Origin: Prevotellaceae bacterium UBA6398
GTDB taxonomy: Bacteria; Bacteroidota; Bacteroidia; Bacteroidales; Bacteroidaceae
DNA length: 24,000 nt
Direction of reading: 5' to 3'
Assembly (NCBI GenBank): GCA_002437495.1
Contig: DJQA01000008.1
Span: forward strand, 128,251 to 152,250
Below, piece by piece: positions 16,474 through 23,886 of the stretch (position 1 is its first letter; the number at the start of each line of letters is the position of its first letter). The translations under genes and the position numbers were made by a program. Below the pieces are notes generated by a model. It saw only the letters and a program-made list of their open reading frames with translations, made no database searches and was not told the DNA's origin.

Positions 16474-16986
16474 TCAACGGCGCACAATGCGGTTTATGAA
16501 CAGCCAGCCTCCAAGCACCTGCAAAAGCATTCCGGGAAGCCCTATTCGCAAGCTCTGCACCGCCACACCGAAAGAGCCCGTCATTGCCCATTCGCCCAAC
16601 GTGCCTATTCCCTGATAGCACAAAACCACAATGGCGAGCAGCGGGAGCGAGGCTTTTTTGTAACGCGCCGATGCCATGCCGGCGGCAATGGCGAGCAATG
16701 CCGACTTAATAAGTATCGAAGGCAGCACTTCCGGGGCGGGCATTGAGAAGAGCGCGGAGTTTGCCAGAGGGGAAAGCACGGCAACCATAAGCCCCACGCG
16801 CCAGCCGTATTTGTAAGCACCCACAAGGGTGAAGAAATATATCGGCAGCCATGTTGCCCCGCCCTGGTGCACAAGGTGGAACAGCCGGGGCAACACAACG
16901 TTGCCCAATGCAAACAACACTGCCGCCAAGTAGGCTTTCGTGTCGCCATATCCGAGAGAATACAGTTTTACTGTTCTTGATTCCAT
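16474..16986 (-). CDS. Small polytopic membrane protein (~5 TM helices), possibly ECF S-component-like
   Basis: 170-aa hydrophobic ORF and last gene of the operon, 19 nt after the DUF1893-like stop. The pattern ..WLPIYFFTLVGAYKYGWRVGLMVAVLSPLANSALFSMPAPEVLP.. recalls solitary vitamin or precursor S-components (ThiW/NiaX-like). That similarity is an impression only. Confidence 0.3.
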   Translation of the reverse strand: MESRTVKLYSLGYGDTKAYLAAVLFALGNVVLPRLFHLVHQGGATWLPIYFFTLVGAYKYGWRVGLMVAVLSPLANSALFSMPAPEVLPSILIKSALLAIAAGMASARYKKASLPLLAIVVLCYQGIGTLGEWAMTGSFGVAVQSLRIGLPGMLLQVLGGWLFINRIVRR

Positions 16987-17005
16987 GATTGTTTTATAAT
17001 TGTAT

Positions 17006-17449
17006 TCAGTTTGTTCTACTTTCCGTTTGTTTTCTTTTTGAGAGTTCCGCGATTGTCTCTTTTATTGCGCATAGCATTTCGCGGGGCGACTGCAAGTGCT
17101 CGCACGCCTTTTCCATGGGACACCACCCCGTGCCATCGCGGTTTGTTATGTGCTGCACTTCCTCGGCAAACTCCACCTCCACGCCGTTATCGCGCAGCAG
17201 CGAAACGGCAGGCGTGCTTATGATATGGCCATACACACCCGCCACTTTGCCGAGAACCATGAGCGCGGCGGCGGCTTTTCCCACCACCTTGTCGGCAATT
17301 CTCGCACCATGCAACACACGCGGCTCCTCATCAAGCAGTCGCAGCAAATCTTTCACTCCCCGTCCGTCGAAAGTGCGCACCACGCGGTTCTCAACCACAA
17401 GAGAATGTCTGCCCATCTCCAGCAGTTCCGCAAGTTGTGCGTTTGTCAT
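17006..17449 (-). CDS. DUF1893 / TM1506-like protein (deaminase-like fold family, function unknown)
   Basis: 147-aa ORF with no signal peptide. The sequence (..HSLVVENRVVRTFDGRGVKDLLRLL..ADKVVGKAAAALMVLGKV..VYGHIISTPAVSLLRDNGVEVEFAEEVQHITNRDGTGWCPMEK) matches my memory of DUF1893. Its ATG overlaps the upstream stop (ATGA at 17446-17449). Confidence 0.5.
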   Translation of the reverse strand: MTNAQLAELLEMGRHSLVVENRVVRTFDGRGVKDLLRLLDEEPRVLHGARIADKVVGKAAAALMVLGKVAGVYGHIISTPAVSLLRDNGVEVEFAEEVQHITNRDGTGWCPMEKACEHLQSPREMLCAIKETIAELSKRKQTESRTN

Positions 17450-18867
17450 AGCGTGCCTTGCTTTAGCTGTTCCACAAAATGGTCTATACGCTGCATTTCC
17501 TTGGGTATGTCAATGTTCTGCGGGCAATGTTCCACGCATTTTCCGCACCCTATGCAATGGTTGGCCTGACGCAGCCGGGGAACGCTGCGGTCGTAGCCCA
17601 CAAGGAAAGCCCTGCGCGCCCGGCGGTAGTTCTCCGCCTGGCGGCTCTCAGGCACATCGCCCTCGTTGACGCATTTGTTGTAATGCACGAATATGGCAGG
17701 AATGTCTATTCCATAGGGGCAGGGCATACAATATTTGCAGTCGTTGCATGGGATTGTGGGGTATTGCACAATTATTTCGGCAGTGTCGTAAAGAAACTTT
17801 GTCTCATCGTCGGTAAGCGGCTTCAAGGGGCAGTATGAGCGCAGGTTGTCTTGCAAATGTTCCATATACGTCATACCGCTTAGCACCGTGAGCACACCGG
17901 GCATTGTGCCGGCATAACGAAACGCCCACGAAGCCACGCTCCTATCGGGCTCGCGCTGCTTCAATCGCGCCACCACGTGGTCGGGAACCTTAGACAGTCT
18001 GCCGCCGAGCAGCGGCTCCATTATCACGGCGGGGATGTTGCGCTTCGCAAGCTCGCCATAAAGATATTCGGCATCGGTGTTGAAAGAGTTAAGTTCCTTG
18101 GCGTGCTGCCAGTCAAGGTAATTGAGCTGTATCTGCACAAAGTCCCACTTGTAGCGGTCGTGCTGCGAAAGCAAATAATCAAACACCTTTATGTCGCCGT
18201 GGTAGGAAAAGCCGAGGTTGCGCACTCTGCCGGCCTCGCGCTCGGCAAGCAGAAAGTCGAGCACGCCATTGTCAACATACCGCGCCCTATAATCCTTCAT
18301 GGCATCGCCACCCATGCCAACGCCGTGAAGCAACATGTAATCTATATAATCAACCTGCAAATACTTCATCGAGTTGCGGTACATCTCCAAAGACTTTTCG
18401 CGGCTCCATGTCGAGGGGTCGAAATTGGAAAGCTTGGTGGCGATGAAAAACTTGTTGCGGGGGTGGCGTTTCAAGGCTATGCCCGTGGCCTCTTCCGAAT
18501 GTCCCTTGCAATAAGCCGGGGATGTGTCGAAATAGTTCACCCCATGCTCTATGGCATAATCCACAAGGCGGTTCACGGCTTCCTGATCTATTTTTTCCTC
18601 GCCCTCTCTCGCGCCTTCGTCGGTAACCGTGGGCCAACGCATGCAGCCGTAGCCGAGAATTGAAACCTTTTCGCCCGTCTTGGGATTTGTGCGATATGTC
18701 ATTTTGTCTTTCGGAATCTCTCCCGATGCCTTTGTGGTTTCGCCGCTTACGGGGTTTTTTCCGGATTCGCAGCCCGCCAGAACGGCAGAGGCGGAGAGTG
18801 CCGCGCCCGCGCCGAGTTTTTTCAGAAACTCACGCCTGCATATATTTTCTTTGCCTATTGTATTCAT
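17446..18867 (-). CDS. Tat-signal lipoprotein aldo/keto reductase with a C-terminal 2x[4Fe-4S] ferredoxin domain
   Basis: The ORF track gives 17446-18963. I prefer the ATG at 18867, 7 nt after the upstream stop. That start gives MNTIGKENICRREFLKKLGAGAALSASAVLAGC, a twin-arginine motif RREFLKK followed by the lipobox LAGC. The AKR catalytic tetrad context is retained: FDTSPAY, IATK, MLLHG. The C-terminus has CNDCKYCMPCP and CIGCGKCVEHCP. Confidence 0.75.
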   Translation of the reverse strand: MNTIGKENICRREFLKKLGAGAALSASAVLAGCESGKNPVSGETTKASGEIPKDKMTYRTNPKTGEKVSILGYGCMRWPTVTDEGAREGEEKIDQEAVNRLVDYAIEHGVNYFDTSPAYCKGHSEEATGIALKRHPRNKFFIATKLSNFDPSTWSREKSLEMYRNSMKYLQVDYIDYMLLHGVGMGGDAMKDYRARYVDNGVLDFLLAEREAGRVRNLGFSYHGDIKVFDYLLSQHDRYKWDFVQIQLNYLDWQHAKELNSFNTDAEYLYGELAKRNIPAVIMEPLLGGRLSKVPDHVVARLKQREPDRSVASWAFRYAGTMPGVLTVLSGMTYMEHLQDNLRSYCPLKPLTDDETKFLYDTAEIIVQYPTIPCNDCKYCMPCPYGIDIPAIFVHYNKCVNEGDVPESRQAENYRRARRAFLVGYDRSVPRLRQANHCIGCGKCVEHCPQNIDIPKEMQRIDHFVEQLKQGTL

Positions 18868-18874
18868 AATTCTC

Positions 18875-20353
18875 TCAAATGGTTTTATGCTGTTCATGCC
18901 CTTCAACATATATTGCTCCAAAAGGACGCGCCGGACACAGGTTCTCGCACGCTCCGCAGCCAATGCAGCGTTCCTCGTTTACCACGGGAATCTTTAAGGA
19001 GTTGTGCTTTTGCGGGTCGGAAGGCACCATTGTTATCGCCCCTGCGGGACAGTGGCGCGCGCAATTGCCGCATTCCACTCCGTCTGCGATAGGCAAGCAG
19101 TTTTTGCCCACCCAAACCGCATGACCTATCTGTATCGATGATTTTTCGGCAGGAGTGATTTCAAGGATTGCGCCGGCAGGGCATACTTCAGAGCATTTGG
19201 TGCATTCGGGGCGGCAGTATCCGCGCTCATAAGAGGAATGTGGCTTCATAAGCTTACCGGGGCGGAGCACATCGTTGGGACATACGGCAACGCATAGCTG
19301 ACATCCGGTGCAATGCTCATCCAAATGTTTCAAGCCGACAGCTCCCGGCGGCACTATCGGGGTGTTACGGTTAGGTATCTTCTTGTCGAGAATCACTGCC
19401 AAGCCGCCGTCAACGGTCTTACCCCGAGCGTTCGCCACCGCCGCGCCGAGAATAATGCCGGCTCCCGTCAGGAAACTGCGGCGCGAAGCGTCGGGAACTT
19501 TTTTAGGTGTTTCCACCGCTGTTTTTGAAGAAGTTCCCTTTTTGCGCAGTTCGAAATGCAGCGCACCATGCCTGCAACCGTCCACACAGTCCATGCATGC
19601 CACGCAGCGGGAATAGTCTATCTTGTGATTCTTGTAGTCAATGCACGAAGCCTTGCAGCCACGGGCGCAAATCGAGCAGTTGCTGCACTTGCCTGCATCT
19701 ATCACTGGTCGGAAAAGCGAATAACGCGAAACAAAACCCAGAAATGTACCCACAGGGCAAATGGTATTGCAATAAGTGCGTCCGCTGCGCCATGCCAACA
19801 CCGCCACCACCACAAAAGTAACTGCGGCAAGGATTAGCGTTGAAAGGGCGCGGAGCCACACATCCCTTTCATAGAAAGCATAGCTCCCCATGCGCTCGGA
19901 AATGTATGCAAGCAAGTTGTTTCCCCATGTATAAAGCGGTGCAAACATGGTCTGAGCCATTCTGCCATATGCGCTGTAGGGGTCGAGCAAGCCCGCCAGC
20001 CCGGTGAAAGTCGCCGCCACAAATAATGCAAGAACCGCATAGCGCAGCCACGCCTTCGCACCTGAATACGAGAAACGTAGTTTTTTGCCCTTGCGCCTTG
20101 CGCTAAGCCGGGAAACCACATCCTGGAAAACGCCGAGCGGACAGATTACCGAACAATAAACACGCCCGAAAAGAAATGTCAGCAACAGCACCACGGCAAT
20201 AACGCCGATGTTCATAGCCATCACAGCCGGAAAAAACTGGATTTTCGCCATCCAGCCGAACCAGGCGTGGACTGTTCCCGTAAAATCAAGGAACAGCATA
20301 CTGACAAGCGCAAAAAACACGGTTGCCAGGATAATTCTTATTTTACGCAGCAT
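18875..20353 (-). CDS. Membrane polyferredoxin, apparently a NapH-like/NapG-like fusion
   Basis: The ORF track gives 18875-20422. The likely start is MLRKIRIIL at 20353, because AT-rich promoter-like sequence overlaps the longer ORF. The N-terminal TM region has two CxxxCP motifs (CSVICPLG, CNTICPVG). Two ferredoxin motifs follow (CSNCSICARGC, CVACMDCVDGC). Next comes an internal SRRSFLTGAGIILGAAVANA segment. Four more cluster motifs follow: CTGCQLCVAVCP, CTKCSEVCP, CGNCARHCP, CIGCGACENLCP. Confidence 0.7.
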   Translation of the reverse strand: MLRKIRIILATVFFALVSMLFLDFTGTVHAWFGWMAKIQFFPAVMAMNIGVIAVVLLLTFLFGRVYCSVICPLGVFQDVVSRLSARRKGKKLRFSYSGAKAWLRYAVLALFVAATFTGLAGLLDPYSAYGRMAQTMFAPLYTWGNNLLAYISERMGSYAFYERDVWLRALSTLILAAVTFVVVAVLAWRSGRTYCNTICPVGTFLGFVSRYSLFRPVIDAGKCSNCSICARGCKASCIDYKNHKIDYSRCVACMDCVDGCRHGALHFELRKKGTSSKTAVETPKKVPDASRRSFLTGAGIILGAAVANARGKTVDGGLAVILDKKIPNRNTPIVPPGAVGLKHLDEHCTGCQLCVAVCPNDVLRPGKLMKPHSSYERGYCRPECTKCSEVCPAGAILEITPAEKSSIQIGHAVWVGKNCLPIADGVECGNCARHCPAGAITMVPSDPQKHNSLKIPVVNEERCIGCGACENLCPARPFGAIYVEGHEQHKTI

Positions 20354-20406
20354 GGTAGTATTATTTTCATTGATAAATATAATTGTTATGTAATCCTGTT
20401 CCGGTG

Positions 20407-20414
20407 CAAAAATA
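20407..20414 (-). promoter_or_regulatory. Candidate -7 box (TATTTTTG) for the redox operon
   Basis: The minus strand reads ..gtttgtTATTTTTGcaccgg.., which matches TAnnTTTG. It lies about 54 nt upstream of the ATG at 20353. A second match, TAATTTTG, lies at 20470-20463. Confidence 0.3.
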
Positions 20415-20530
20415 ACAAACATCGCGCTTTTTGCCGCTTATATTTTTTACTGATTTGCATACCAAAATTACCGCACTCCCGGTTTTTCATCCCCCGGCTT
20501 CAGACTGCCGGAAAATTACACCTGAAATAA

Positions 20531-20620
20531 AAAAAACTATGTCTGATGTAGAAAAAACTACGTCAGACGTAGGAAAAATTACATCAGACCTTTTTCCGCC
20601 TTTTTCAAATCTCTTAAACA
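20531..20620 (+). repeat. Phased 21-nt mini-palindrome array plus T-run plus degenerate tail, copy D (three units, no intact REP hairpin)
   Basis: Palindromes are CTATGTctgATGTAG (20537-20551) and CTACGTcagACGTAG (20558-20572). The half-unit TTACATCAGACC (20579-20590) is followed by T5. Unit starts are spaced exactly 21 nt apart. The flanks at 20455-20475 and 20625-20700 retain only fragments of the REP-module linkers (CCAAAATTACCGC, GGATTTGCAATACCGC, AAATTGCGC). Confidence 0.8.
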
Positions 20621-20740
20621 CACGGCGTTACAAGGGCGCGGATTTATTGCATCCACGCATGGATTTGCAATACCGCTTTTCGCAAAATTGCGCATTTATA
20701 GGCATTTTGTGCAAAAAACGGACGATTTTCGACTAAAAAT

Positions 20741-20771
20741 TTTGCCATATAAATCAATAGACTTAATTTTG
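20741..20771 (+). promoter_or_regulatory. Bacteroides-type promoter of acpP-fabF(-rnc)
   Basis: TTTG (20741-20744), a 19-nt spacer, then TAATTTTG (20764-20771). This leaves about 40 nt to the acpP ATG at 20813. Confidence 0.55.
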
Positions 20772-20812
20772 CATCCTGATATAACAATATTATTTATCAA
20801 ATTAGTAAGATC

Positions 20813-21049
20813 ATGTCTGATATCGAATCAAAAGTAAAAGCTATCATTGTTGACAAACTCGGTGTTGATGAAGCCGAAGTAAAGAACGACGCAAGTTTCG
20901 CAAACGATCTGGGCGCTGACTCTCTTGACACTGTAGAGCTCATCATGGAGTTCGAAAAAGAGTTCCAGATTCAGATCCCCGATGACCAGGCAGAGAAAAT
21001 CTCTACCGTGGGCGATGCTATAGCATATATCGAGAAGCACGTTAAGTAA
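20813..21049 (+). CDS. acpP: Acyl carrier protein
   Basis: 78 aa with the phosphopantetheine-attachment motif [20 protein letters not shown]. It sits immediately upstream of fabF. Confidence 0.97.
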   Translation: MSDIESKVKAIIVDKLGVDEAEVKNDASFANDLGADSLDTVELIMEFEKEFQIQIPDDQAEKISTVGDAIAYIEKHVK

Positions 21050-21081
21050 TAGGCTTAACGCGCTTCCCATAACATCTCACG

Positions 21082-22347
21082 ATGGAATTGAAAAGAGTTG
21101 TCGTAACCGGCATCGGCGCGATAACTCCGCTTGGTAAAACTGCACCCGAAACATGGGAGAACGCCAAGCGGGGAGTTAGCGGAGCTGCCGAGATTACGCA
21201 TTTTGACACGTCAAAGTTCAAAACCCACTTTGCGTGCGAAGTGAAGGACTACAACGCCCTCGACTACTTCGACCGCAAGGAAGTGCGCAAGATGGACCTT
21301 TACGAGCAGTATGCCATAATAGCTGCCGATGAGGCCATAAAGGACTGCGGATGGGATTTGGAGAAAGTTGACAAAAACGAAATCGGTGTTGTGCTCGGCG
21401 TGGGCATAGGCGGTATCCACACTTTCGAGGAGGAGTCGGCCAACTACGCCAGGACAGGTGAAACCCTCGGTCCGCGCTATTCGCCATTCTTCATCCCCAA
21501 GATGATTTCCGACATAGCAGCCGGTCAAATTTCCATCAACTACGGTTTCCACGGTCCCAACTTCGCCACAACCTCTGCATGCGCTTCCTCCACCAACGCC
21601 CTTGCCAGCGCGTTCAACCTGATACGCCTGGGAAAAGCAAACGCAATAGTTGCAGGCGGTGCCGAAGCAGCAATTTGGCCAACCGGAGTTGGTGGCTTCA
21701 ACGCCATGCACGCACTTTCCACACGCAATGACGACCCGCAGCACGCTTCACGCCCGTTCAGCGCATCGCGCGATGGTTTCATTATGGGCGAGGGGGCAGG
21801 AGTGCTAATACTCGAAGAGCTTGAACACGCTCTGAAACGCGGCGCACACATATACGCCGAAGTTGCCGGAGCGGGAATGTCGGCCGATGCACACCACATT
21901 ACAGCATCACACCCCGAAGGACTCGGCGCAAAACTTGTGATGACGCGAGCACTGCAAGATGCCGAAATGAAACCCGAAGACATAGACTACATAAATGTTC
22001 ACGGAACTTCAACCCCGGTGGGCGACCGTTCCGAGGCACTTGCAATCAAAGACGTGTTTGGCGACCACGCCTACAAACTCAACATAAGCTCCACAAAATC
22101 CATGACAGGACACCTGCTCGGTGCTGCCGGAGCCGTTGAGGCACTTTTCTCGGTTAAAGCTGTTGAAGAGGATATTGTTCCCCCGACAATCAACCACGAG
22201 GAAGGCGATGACGACCCCGAAATCGACTACAAACTGAACTTCACGTTCAACAAGGCACAAAAGCGCACCGTTCGCGCAGCCTTGAGCAATACATTCGGAT
22301 TTGGCGGACACAATGCCTGCGTCATCGTAAAGAAATTCGCGAAATAA
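21082..22347 (+). CDS. fabF: 3-oxoacyl-ACP synthase II (KAS II)
   Basis: 421 aa with the active-site Cys context (NFATTSACASSTNAL) and the His motifs (HHITASHPEG, INVHGTSTPVGD). The C-terminus NTFGFGGHNACVIV is typical of FabF. Confidence 0.95.
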   Translation: MELKRVVVTGIGAITPLGKTAPETWENAKRGVSGAAEITHFDTSKFKTHFACEVKDYNALDYFDRKEVRKMDLYEQYAIIAADEAIKDCGWDLEKVDKNEIGVVLGVGIGGIHTFEEESANYARTGETLGPRYSPFFIPKMISDIAAGQISINYGFHGPNFATTSACASSTNALASAFNLIRLGKANAIVAGGAEAAIWPTGVGGFNAMHALSTRNDDPQHASRPFSASRDGFIMGEGAGVLILEELEHALKRGAHIYAEVAGAGMSADAHHITASHPEGLGAKLVMTRALQDAEMKPEDIDYINVHGTSTPVGDRSEALAIKDVFGDHAYKLNISSTKSMTGHLLGAAGAVEALFSVKAVEEDIVPPTINHEEGDDDPEIDYKLNFTFNKAQKRTVRAALSNTFGFGGHNACVIVKKFAK

Positions 22348-22396
22348 AACTTCGGGCATTAACAAGATTTTTCATTAAGTTGACACAAACATCTGA

Positions 22397-23512
22397 ATGA
22401 TTAATTTCATAGACAAACTAAAGCTCCCTTTCCGTAAGGACAAGGAGCTTTTTTCATCCCTATACGCCATTATGGGGTTCTACCCCCACAACATAAGCAT
22501 ATACAAGCAGGCTCTGTCGCACAGTTCCAGCGCAATGCAATCCGAAAGCGGGCAGCGACTCAACAACGAACGCCTTGAATTTTTGGGCGATGCCATAATC
22601 GAGGCCGTTACAAGCGACATCGTATACCGCCACTTCAGCAAAAAGCGCGAAGGTTTTCTTACCACCACCCGCAGCAAGCTCGTGCAAAGGGACACGCTAA
22701 ACAAAATGGCGCAGGAAGTGGGCATAGACAAACTTATTCGCACAAGCATACACAAAAGCGGGCACAACAGCAACATAGGCGGCAACGCCTTCGAAGCAAT
22801 AGTGGGCGCAATATACCTTGACAGGGGCTACAAATATTGCATGTGGTTTCTGAAAAGCCGCATAATAGCCGCACACCTGAACCTAAACGAGGTAGCAAAA
22901 AAAGAGGTGAACTTCAAGAGCAAACTGCTTGAATGGGCACAGCGCAACCGCCTGTTTATAGATTTCGTTTCAAACAACCCTGCAAAGGATGCCGCCACAA
23001 GCGAAAAGCCGGCTTTCACTGCCACGGTTGTGATTGAGGGCGTGGAATGCGGCAAAGGCAGCGGATTCTCGAAAAAGGAAAGCCACCAGAACGCCGCACG
23101 CGAAACATTGTTAATCCTGGACAGCAGTAAACATAAAATAGCAGAAATACTGAAGTCCAAGGAACTACGCACGGCAATGGAGGCAGAACTCGTGTGCGTG
23201 CCGCCACGTGTAGACAACAGTGAAGGCAAACGCCGCCAACGCCCCAAACGCCGCAACTCCACACCGCAGCGGGCACAGGAAAAGACGCAGGAAAAAACTG
23301 CATGCGACACAAACACGCCCCAAGTGAACTCACTAAGCCAAAGCGCAAAGGCATGTGCAAAAAAAGCCAGCCTGAGCGAAAACGCCGAAAATGCCGAAAA
23401 TGTAAAAGGCAACCGAAAGCGCACTTACGGCAAACGCCGCAAACCGCGCACTAAGCCGGATGGCGTAAAAAGCCAAGACAACGGTAGCGATAAAATAGCA
23501 ACCGAAAACTAA
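22397..23512 (+). CDS. rnc: Ribonuclease III with a long basic low-complexity C-terminal extension
   Basis: RNase III signature NERLEFLGDAIIEAV and catalytic-domain stretch GGNAFEAIVGAIYLD. A dsRBD follows (KSKLLEWAQRN...GSGFSKKESHQNAARETL). About 120 further residues are rich in K/R/Q/E/N (..GKRRQRPKRRNSTPQRAQEKTQEK..ENAENAENVKGNRKRTYGKRRKPRTKPD..). Confidence 0.9.
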   Translation: MINFIDKLKLPFRKDKELFSSLYAIMGFYPHNISIYKQALSHSSSAMQSESGQRLNNERLEFLGDAIIEAVTSDIVYRHFSKKREGFLTTTRSKLVQRDTLNKMAQEVGIDKLIRTSIHKSGHNSNIGGNAFEAIVGAIYLDRGYKYCMWFLKSRIIAAHLNLNEVAKKEVNFKSKLLEWAQRNRLFIDFVSNNPAKDAATSEKPAFTATVVIEGVECGKGSGFSKKESHQNAARETLLILDSSKHKIAEILKSKELRTAMEAELVCVPPRVDNSEGKRRQRPKRRNSTPQRAQEKTQEKTACDTNTPQVNSLSQSAKACAKKASLSENAENAENVKGNRKRTYGKRRKPRTKPDGVKSQDNGSDKIATEN

Positions 23513-23588
23513 CACAAGGCGTTAGGCTAATAACAAAAGCATAAACCACAAGGGCGGACGGCTGAAAACGCGCCCTATGTTACACCAC

Positions 23589-23636
23589 AAAATTCCGCCG
23601 CACGGACGAACGATGCCTGTCCATGCGGCGGAATTT
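23589..23636 (+). terminator. Candidate terminator hairpin after rnc
   Basis: AAATTCCGCCGCA-cGGAC..GTCCa-TGCGGCGGAATTT forms a 13-bp outer stem plus a 4-bp inner stem. It is followed by TCTGTATG, so the T-tract is short. It begins 77 nt past the rnc stop. Confidence 0.45.
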
Positions 23637-23886
23637 TCTGTATGCGGTGCGGTTCATGCGGCGGCGGGCAGGGCGTATGCAACAAGCATCACGAACGCAC
23701 AAACAGCAATCAACCAAAGAATTGCGCCACTGTAGGGGCGTATGGCATACGCCCTGAATTGCGCGAATTTGCAATGTCGCGGCGCTGGTTTGCGGATTTT
23801 GCGGCGTATTCCCAAATGCGTTTCATGCGGTGGCGTACAGGGCGTATGCAATACGCCCCTACAAATGGCGCAAAACCAATACCGCT
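23635..23886 (+). repeat. REP/BIME-like cluster, copy E (degenerate + / inverted / + hairpins)
   Basis: A degenerate first module lies at 23645-23690 (CGGTGCGGTTCATGCGGCGG..GGGCGTATGCaacaagc). The inverted hairpin TGTAGGGGCGTATGGCATACGCCCT lies at 23731-23755. The third hairpin GGGCGTATgcaATACGCCC lies at 23840-23858. The cluster is collinear with copy B. Confidence 0.85.

Noticed and set aside
20531-20600. Heptad-like peptide repeat from the 21-nt arrays (MSDVEKT TSDVGKI TSDLF; also EKTMSHVEKIMSDVIKTTSNLF at 16146-16230)
   Set aside because: The frame is open only in copies C and D. Copies A, B and E have in-frame TAG/TAA stops, individual units are inverted between copies, and there is no consistent start codon. 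Conservation is at the nucleotide and palindrome level.
20423-20812. Replication origin at the divergent gene-orientation switch
   Set aside because: There is no cluster of DnaA boxes. The only near match to TTATCCACA I found is TTGTCCACA at about 16415, far away and single. There is no dnaA or dnaN nearby, and the phased arrays occur at five loci, so they are not origin-specific.
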